A stretch of DNA of 16,257 nt, taken from NCBI RefSeq assembly GCF_006345805.1, contig NW_021825213.1, positions 1-16,257 on the forward strand. Reading direction: 5' to 3'. The stretch's first letter is position 1; each line of letters opens with the position of its first letter. The notes beneath the pieces were generated by a model. The model had not been told where the DNA came from, did not search any database, and saw only the letters and a program-made list of their open reading frames with translations. The DNA is from Octopus sinensis. Lineage: Eukaryota. Below are positions 9,700 through 16,257 of this stretch, in pieces. The translations under genes were made by a program, and so were the position numbers.

Positions 9700-10269
9700 C
9701 AAAAGCACATACGCACATACAGCAACATCCGCTGCGCACTCACACACTCCTCACCTCGGCCCTCGCCTCTCACCACCGACTCATTCTGTCCACTAACTTG
9801 TTCGTCGACACCACACCTTTACACATACACTCTCGTAAACACAAGCACACACGCACAATGTTACTACCACACACACACGCACGCACACAGATACTACCGC
9901 ACACATACACACATACTAGTCAGCTTCGTACACTCCTGTCACAAAACACTACTTGATCTCTCCTTATTTCCAGTCACTTCAGCTATGTAACCACATACGT
10001 GCTTTTCGTGGACTTTTTCTTTCTCAGAACTTTTATTTTCTCCTCTTTCTGACGAGGAGCTATGCTTGAAACGTAAAAAGCCCACTCCTTTTTCCACAAT
10101 TATTGAGCGTCAAGCTAATACGTTCCATAAGAAAACATTCTTGTTTTGTTACTTGTTATTTTTAATGTTCGATTATTAATGTTCAGGTTTTCATGTTTGA
10201 TTTGACTATATATGTAACCTGCTTGTTATTCATACACCTGGCTTCGTCTTTTGTTTTTCAGTAAATTTC

Positions 10270-10272
<3 letters not shown>
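9700..10272 (+). mobile_element. Non-autonomous PLE-terminus-like element carrying a minimal HHR, ending in (TA)n
   Basis: CA-rich body with an HHR at 10046-10078. Its 3' end (ctgcttgttattcatacacctggcttcgtctttt...gtaaatttca) is homologous to the minus-strand element at 11067-11258. The 5' boundary is uncertain. Confidence 0.6.
10046..10078 (+). ncRNA. Minimal type I hammerhead motif with loopless palindromic stem III (ACGT)
   Basis: Stem I ttt/aaa (weak); core CTGACGA 10049-55 plus an extra G; stem II gagc-tat-gctt; GAAA 10068-71; ACGT 10071-74; cut after A10075. Confidence 0.65.
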
Positions 10273-10315
<43 letters not shown>

Positions 10316-10325
10316 ATTATATTAA
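10273..10325. repeat. (TA)n/(ATT)n microsatellite
   Basis: Direct from the sequence. Confidence 0.9.
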
Positions 10326-10457
10326 ATTAGAAATAAAATCACTATTAGGCAAATCAAACAATGGAAAGCTTAAGCCAATACATAAAATTAATTAATTTAT
10401 ATTATTTTAAATATATATCAAAATTATTAAAAGTTTAATAAAAGATAATGAGTAAAA

Positions 10458-10526
10458 CACTACGATCGTTTCATGGCTGTCCAATTCGTAATAATTCGAG
10501 TTATTGTTACAGTCAATCTTCAGGTG
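10458..10526 (-). ncRNA. Type I hammerhead motif with palindromic stem III ACGATCGT
   Basis: Minus strand reads cac-CTGAAGA-ttgactgt...acagccat-GAAA-cgatcg-TA-gtg. Stem I is cac/gtg, stem II pairs at 6 of 8 positions, and the core is intact. It lies in an AT-rich segment (about 10325-10740) bounded by TA-rich microsatellites on both sides. Confidence 0.75.
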
Positions 10527-10745
10527 ATTGAAATATCTAAAATATAATCAGAAATATTTAAACAATATTTTAAAGATATAAATAATATAATAATTTTACT
10601 TATAATAAACTCTATTATCAAACTAGAAACATAGAACTTAACAATTATGATTATATCAAAATCGACTATAATGTTAAATATTATTTTAATTTATAAGGTA
10701 GGAACCCACCCATAATCTGTAAGTTTGGATTTATTCCCTAATATT

Positions 10746-10776
<31 letters not shown>

Positions 10777-11034
10777 TATAATATATATATTATATATTAT
10801 ATATATATATATATACATATAGATGGATGGATGGATGGATATGTATATGGTTCCGGGTTTAGTCTCACTGCGTGGAACCTTGGGCAAGTGTCTTCTACTA
10901 TAGCCTCGGGCTGACCAAGCCCTATGAGTGGATTTGGTTGACAGAAACTGAAAGAAGCCCGTCTTATACATATATATATATGTATATATATAATATATAT
11001 ATATATATGTATGTATGTATATACTATATATATA

Positions 11035-11066
<32 letters not shown>

Positions 11067-11069
<3 letters not shown>

Positions 11070-11258
11070 AGAATTTACAAAAAAAACGGAAGACGAAGAC
11101 GGGTGTGTAAACAACAAACAGATGTATAAGTTTAACATTCGGGAAGTGAGAAAGTCTTTTACGTTTCGAGCCTCCGCTCTTCGACAGAAAAGGACACAAA
11201 AATAAACAGGGAGAGAAAATAGAAGAAGGTTTAGTGGCTAGCGATCTATCATGGCGAA
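11067..11258 (-). mobile_element. Nested short HHR-bearing element inserted in the SINE's internal (TA)n tract
   Basis: The minus strand is homologous to about 10040-10272 and has TA runs on both sides. Confidence 0.75.
11156..11191 (-). ncRNA. Minimal type I hammerhead motif, core variant CUGUCGA (probably impaired)
   Basis: Minus strand reads tttt-CTGTCGA-A-gagc-ggag-gctc-GAAA-CGT-A-aaag. A6 is replaced by U, stem II is perfect, and stem III is the ACGT palindrome. Confidence 0.6.
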
Positions 11259-11530
11259 TATATAATATATATATATATATATGTATGGGTGTGTGTGTGT
11301 GTCTGTGTGTGTGTGTGTATGTTTGTGTGTCTGTGTTTGCCCCCACCCCCATCATCGCTTGGCAACCGATGCTGGTGTGTTTATATCCCCGTAACTAAGC
11401 GGTTCGGCAAAACAGACCGATAGAATAAGGCTTGCAAAGAATAAGTCTTGGGGTCGATTTGCTCGACTAAAGGCGTTGTCCAGCATGGCCACAGTCAAAT
11501 GAGTGTAACAAGTAAAAGAGTAAAAGAATA

Positions 11531-11534
11531 TAAC

Positions 11535-11572
<38 letters not shown>

Positions 11573-11823
11573 GTCTGTGTGTGTGTGTGTGTATGTATAT
11601 ATGCATGTATATATGAATGTATGTATGTATGTCTGTGTGTGTATGCATGCATGTGTGTATATGTATTAAAACCAGAAACTAACTCTGCTCTTCAGCAAAA
11701 AGATATGTGCTTGTGTGTATGTATATATATATGTGTGCGCGTGAACGTTTGTGTGTGTGTTTGTGTGTGGTGGTGTGTGTCTGTTTGTGTATGTATGCAT
11801 GCGCACATGTATGCATATATAAT

Positions 11824-11878
<55 letters not shown>

Positions 11879-11972
11879 TATATAATTATATATATTATAT
11901 ATATAATATATATATATATATATTATATACATTTACTTATATATGTGTGTGCGTGCGTGCGTGAACGCGTGT
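11531..11972. repeat. Compound (TA)/(TG)/(TATG) microsatellite
   Basis: Direct, with a short unique spacer at about 11667-11705. Confidence 0.9.
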
Positions 11973-12291
11973 GCAAAAACACTGTTAACTACTTAACACT
12001 TGAACTTGTCTTATTCTACACAACTATAATATATTTATAGTACTTTTAATGTTTCTTCTCTGTTTTACTGCCTAGAATTTTTATTTATATTTTCACCTGA
12101 TTACGTTGTTTATTACTTATCTCAACTCTTTTTTTTTTTGTCACTTATCTCCTAATTTATTGCATTGATAGCTTGATTAGACATCTACTGTGTAACCGAT
12201 ACTGCAATAAAAACAGTTTTTCTGAGGGTATTTGTAAAATGTTTCATCGCTGTACTAGTAAAAAAGAAAATTTAGTGGAGAGGCGCGAGTG

Positions 12292-12381
12292 CGTTTGCGT
12301 GTGTATGTGCGTGTGCGTGCGTGCAAGTGTGTGTGTGTATGTGTGTGTGTGTGTGCGTGCGAGTGTGTGTGTGTGTGTGTA
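12292..12381. repeat. (GT)/(GCGT) microsatellite
   Basis: Direct from the sequence. Confidence 0.9.
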
Positions 12382-12491
12382 GACATAAGCATAAACATAA
12401 ATTTCTATACGTTCTTACAACATACTTAGGTTCGTTTGTCTCAGCGAACCTAATGTTTTTTAAGCTTCATTAGATATGATGCGTAAAGAGT

Positions 12492-12762
12492 TTGTGTGAG
12501 TGCGCATGCGTGTGCGTGTGTGCGTGTGTGCGTGTGTGCGTCTGCGTATGTATATATATATATATGCGTGTATGTGTGTGTATATATACATTGACACATA
12601 ATATATATATATATATATATACATATATTATATATATGTATGCATATATATATATGTGTATATTTATATATGTATCTATGTATGTATATGTATATGTAAA
12701 TGTGTGTGTATGTGTATACACTCACACATAATAGATGTGTATTTATATATACACATATATAT

Positions 12763-12793
<31 letters not shown>

Positions 12794-13010
12794 ATATATG
12801 TATATGCATGTATGTATGTATGTATGTATATGTATATGTAAATGTGTATGTATGTGTATACACTCACTCATAATATATATGTATATATATATATATACAC
12901 ATATATCATATATATGCATGTATATATATATATATATGTGGCGGGGGGTGTATGTATGTATGTACGTATGTATGTATGTATATGTATATGTACATATAAG
13001 CCCATGTATA
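12492..13010. repeat. Compound (GT)/(TA)/(TATG) microsatellite with internal higher-order duplication
   Basis: Direct. The motif tatac(a)ctcacacataat or a variant recurs near 12585, 12714 and 12856. Confidence 0.9.
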
Positions 13011-13347
13011 AATTTAACATGTTCTGTAATCGATTGCTGAGCAATTGATCTAGCTCTGTATATATGTGTATATATGAAAATAATGGTGAACCAGGGGTAG
13101 CTGTGAATTCTGTGACACAGGCAATTCTGTACCTGTATAACATAATGTGTAAATAATTTGTGTTTGTATTTGCCAATGTGTACTAGCAGAACACAGGACT
13201 AGCTCGCAAACAAGCCGCTATAAATTGTTTCTAATGAAGGCATATTCGGCTAATATAACACTATTAGATATCTCTTGTAAAAATTATCTTTTATATAAGA
13301 ACTGACATTGATATCCTATACGTTTGTAACAAACTGGTGTCTAATAC

Positions 13348-13720
13348 TCTGAGCTACACTTAAGTAATCGCCTTCATAATTTAATTGCGTATGTAACATA
13401 TAGCTTATACATACAAATTGAGTAATAATACAGAATTAAGTAAATGTGAAGATATTTACTTAATCTTTTATTCTTAATAGCCTTTAATTCTCTAAAAACC
13501 TTTAATGAGTACTAACAGAATTATCGAGTGGGCGTCTGAGCTACACTTAAGTAATCGCCTTCATAATTTAATTGCATATGTAACATATAGCTTATACATA
13601 CAAATTGAGTAATATACAGAATTAAGTAAATGTGAAGATATTTACTTAATCTTTTATTCTTAATAGCCTTTAATTCTCTAAAAACCTTTAATGAGTACTA
13701 ACAGAATTATCGAGTGGGCG
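13348..13720 (+). repeat. Tandem duplication, 187 + 186 bp
   Basis: The copies are 13348-13534 and 13535-13720. I find one substitution and a 1-bp indel between them. Confidence 0.95.
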
Positions 13721-13880
13721 TGGCCGCGTGGTAAAAAGTTTGCTTCCCAATCACATGGTTCCAGGTTCAGTCCCACTGCTTGGCACCTTGAATAAGTGTC
13801 TTCTACTATAACCACGAGCCGACCAAAGCCTTGTGGGTGGATTTGGTAGACGGAAACTGAAAGAAGCTCGTCGTACAGAT
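13713..13880 (+). mobile_element. SINE family B, 5' half
   Basis: gtggccgcgtggtaaaaag...ccaggttcagtcccactgcttggcaccttgaataagtg...gaagctcgtcgta; homologous to 3545-3710. Confidence 0.85.
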
Positions 13881-13925
13881 ATTTATATATGGTATATAGA
13901 CCGTTATATGAATACAAGCCTATCA

Positions 13926-14424
13926 TAGGAGTGACTGTGTGGTAAGTAGCTTGCTTATCAGCCATATGGTTCCGGGTTCAGTCCCACTGCGTGGCACCTT
14001 GGGCAAGTGTCTTCTACTATAGCCTCAGGCCGACTAAAGCCTTGTGAGTGGATTTGGTAGACGGAAACCGAAAGCCCGTTGTATATATGTATATATATGT
14101 GTGTGTGTGCGTGTGTGTGTGTGTGTATGTATGTGTGTGTGTGTGATGTTTGTGTGTCTGTGTTTGTTCCCCCCAACATCGCTTGACCACCGATACTGGT
14201 GTGTTTACATCCCTGTAACTAAGCGGTTCGGCAAAAGAGACCGAGAGAATAAGTACTAGGCTTACAAAGAATAAGTCCTGGGATCGATTTGCTCCAGCAT
14301 GGCGGTGCTCCAGCATGGCGGTGCTCCAGCATGGCGGTGCTCCAGCATGGCGGTGCTCCAGCATGGCGGTGCTCCAGCATGGCCACAGTAAACTGACTGA
14401 AACAAGTAAAAAAGTAAAAGAATA
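13926..14424 (+). mobile_element. Full-length SINE family B with an internal 16-bp tandem expansion
   Basis: Head taggagtgactgtgtggtaag, internal (TG)n, and tail gtaaaaaagtaaaagaata. Confidence 0.9.
14290..14383 (+). repeat. Perfect 16-bp minisatellite (TGCTCCAGCATGGCGG) x5.9
   Basis: Units start at 14290, 14306, 14322, 14338, 14354 and 14370 (partial). There are no spacers. Confidence 0.95.
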
Positions 14425-14912
14425 ATTATTACGAATATCAGTGACAGAACTATAATTGTCAGTATTAATGCTAGTAGTAGTGTCAGAAGTAGCGGGGTTG
14501 GAATTAAGCTTAACACTGATAAAGATGCAACCAACCTGAATAACATCCTCATCGATTCTAGTTTAAATGAAGATTATGTAGCTATTAATAGTGACTTGAC
14601 TAACTTTCACAGCTATAACGGTAATGCTATTGCTGTTAATGATAAACACACCGTCTCTTATGTAACTTGAATAAAACTAGAAGCACTATTGGCCATAAAT
14701 CTCTTAAATTATGTAACTGTAAAAACAAGTTTCTATGTCCTCTAAATAATTTTCTTTGCTAAAAACATTGTCCATAGACATGACGTAATAACTTACCTGA
14801 ACACTTTTAGCAACATGGATTCCACTTTTCTATATTTTTAAGATGAGGAATTCTGTACAATATTTACATTATTTACATTGGACGGATATGTGTCCGCATC
14901 TTGTTTGCTGTT

Positions 14913-14958
14913 ACCACAACGTTTCGGCTGATTTACTTTCTGGCCTTCATCAGGTGTC
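14913..14958 (-). ncRNA. Minimal type I hammerhead ribozyme (CUGAUGA+A, ACGT stem III)
   Basis: Minus strand reads gacac-CTGATGA-A-ggc...gcc-GAAA-CGT-T-gtggt. Stem I is cac/gtg, stem II is ggc/gcc, the core is intact, and the cut falls after the U at 14918. Confidence 0.8.
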
Positions 14959-15015
14959 CTGGTAGAATTTTGAACCCAACCCTGGCTTTTCATTCCTAAG
15001 GTATTTTTACTGGTG

Positions 15016-15016
<1 letters not shown>

Positions 15017-15066
<50 letters not shown>

Positions 15067-15070
15067 TATT
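15017..15070. repeat. (ATT)n microsatellite inside the HHR-SINE
   Basis: Direct from the sequence. Confidence 0.95.
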
Positions 15071-16257
15071 CAAGGCACTGCCTGGAATTGAACTCGCAAT
15101 CTTGGGGTTAGTAGCTCGCATTCTTAACTATTACGCTATATACCCGTTTCCACTTCTTTCAAATTTAAGCAGAAATTATGTCATTATTCTTATTATTTCA
15201 ATAATTGTAATATGGCTATAATTAATCACTCGCGAATACAAATTTGGGAATTGAAAGAGAAAAAAAAATGAATTCCAAATTAGCTGGAGTGTAAATAAAA
15301 CATGCATTATCCTATATATATGATAGCTATGTGGGGGAACCCTTTGTTGCGCTAAATTATGGGAAATACTTAAATCTCCAGGTATGTCTTTAATAAGACT
15401 ATTGAACTTATGGCGTAATGCTTACCTTATATTAGAAACACATTTCCTTATTGTAAACCAGTTAGTTACCTAGTAGATTTCGAATAATTATTCTTAGCTT
15501 CTATTTATCCATACTCTCTAAGCTAATTAAGTATATTGTTTAAATCTTTAAGCATTTTTTGAATCATGTGTTATATTATGTCATCGACCTCCTGCTTACG
15601 CATTCTCATTACATTTGCTTGCAACCTCTACATTCTATAAATAGTGAAATGTTTGATAATCTGGTGTATGACCTCTAAGCTATATGTTATCTGTCTACAT
15701 TTTCTTATATATGCTTCTAATATTTATTTCTAATATTTATAATATATTATTATCTATATACTATTAAAAGTGAAGTTCAATCTTGCTTGCTTGCTTGCTT
15801 GCAATGTTACACAGCCAAACTGGAGCGTAATGGGAAGATACTTTGAAGTAAAGTTCCCCTGAAATGTGAATACGAACAGAATAAAACAAGGTTTGGGGAT
15901 ATAAATTACCAAACGGTGCATAATGGGAAAATACTCTGAAAATAACTTGAAATAGTTTTTTTCCATAGGTTTCTTTCAAGTGCATCCAACGTATCTCACC
16001 TCCAAATATGTGGTGTTATTTCTAGCACATCCTGCCACCATGTAACAGCTATTTGCGATAAAGGACACGAAATACCTGTTACGTAGTTGCAGGGCGTGCA
16101 AGAAATAGCAGCCGAATCTTTTCTTTTCTAAGGAAAGGAACGTTTACGCGTGATTTCGATGTCACATTCGTTGAAAGCATGCGAAATAACATGGAAAAGA
16201 GAAAAACACCCCTGCATACGTATGTATATATGCGTGTGCTGACGTGTATATATATAT

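Larger units (their letters stand above)
10847..11530 (+). mobile_element. SINE family B, 5'-truncated and split by a nested HHR element
   Basis: The 5' half atggttccgggtttagtc...gaagcccgtc spans 10847-10966 and the 3' half gtttgcccccacc...gtaaaagagtaaaaga spans about 11335-11530. Both are homologous to 3545-3965. Confidence 0.85.
14828..15147 (-). mobile_element. tRNA-headed SINE carrying a hammerhead ribozyme
   Basis: Minus strand: A-box-like TAGCGTAATAG (15138-15128), B box GAGTTCAATTCC (15095-15084), an (AAT)n tract, a unique body, an HHR at 14958-14913, and a short-repeat tail (atgtaaata)x2. Confidence 0.75.

Noticed and set aside
11685-11697. Minus-strand CTGAAGA heptamer
   Set aside because: There is no stem II or GAAA downstream, so it is a chance core match.
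13225-13262. ctaatgaaggc...ggctaatataac as a hammerhead
   Set aside because: G5 is mutated, GAAA is absent and stem I is not convincing.
2114-14364. The many IYIY, HTYI, MYVC and CVCV ORFs
   Set aside because: They are translations of TA, TACA and GT microsatellites or of SINE sequence, with no protein-like complexity.
14290-14383. CRISPR-like repeat array
   Set aside because: The repeats are contiguous with no spacers, lie inside a SINE, and the context is eukaryotic.
14425-14670. About 80 open codons without ATG (ITNISDRTIIVSINASSS...)
   Set aside because: The strong NNT periodicity indicates a decayed (AAT/GAT/AGT)n trinucleotide repeat.

Overview
AT-rich, repeat-saturated eukaryotic non-coding DNA with no intact protein-coding gene. 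The tRNA-derived SINE families and the dense (TA)n/(CA)n/(TACA)n microsatellites resemble octopus (coleoid cephalopod) genomic DNA; this is an inference from recalled repeat families, not a database result. Almost all listed ORFs are microsatellite or antisense artefacts. The main signal is RNA structure: seven type I hammerhead ribozyme (HHR) motifs plus one truncated copy, from about five sequence families. All have a palindromic, near-palindromic or loopless stem III, the dimer-type design known from Penelope-like elements (PLEs). Two HHRs delimit a 469-nt unit in a tandem array (8642-9590) with an inverted 5' copy, resembling a non-LTR retrozyme or PLE pseudo-LTR. Another lies inside a tRNA-headed, Pol III-type SINE (14828-15147, minus strand). 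A frameshifted PLE linker/GIY-YIG endonuclease relic lies at about 5224-5750. All folds were done by eye and no activity has been shown.
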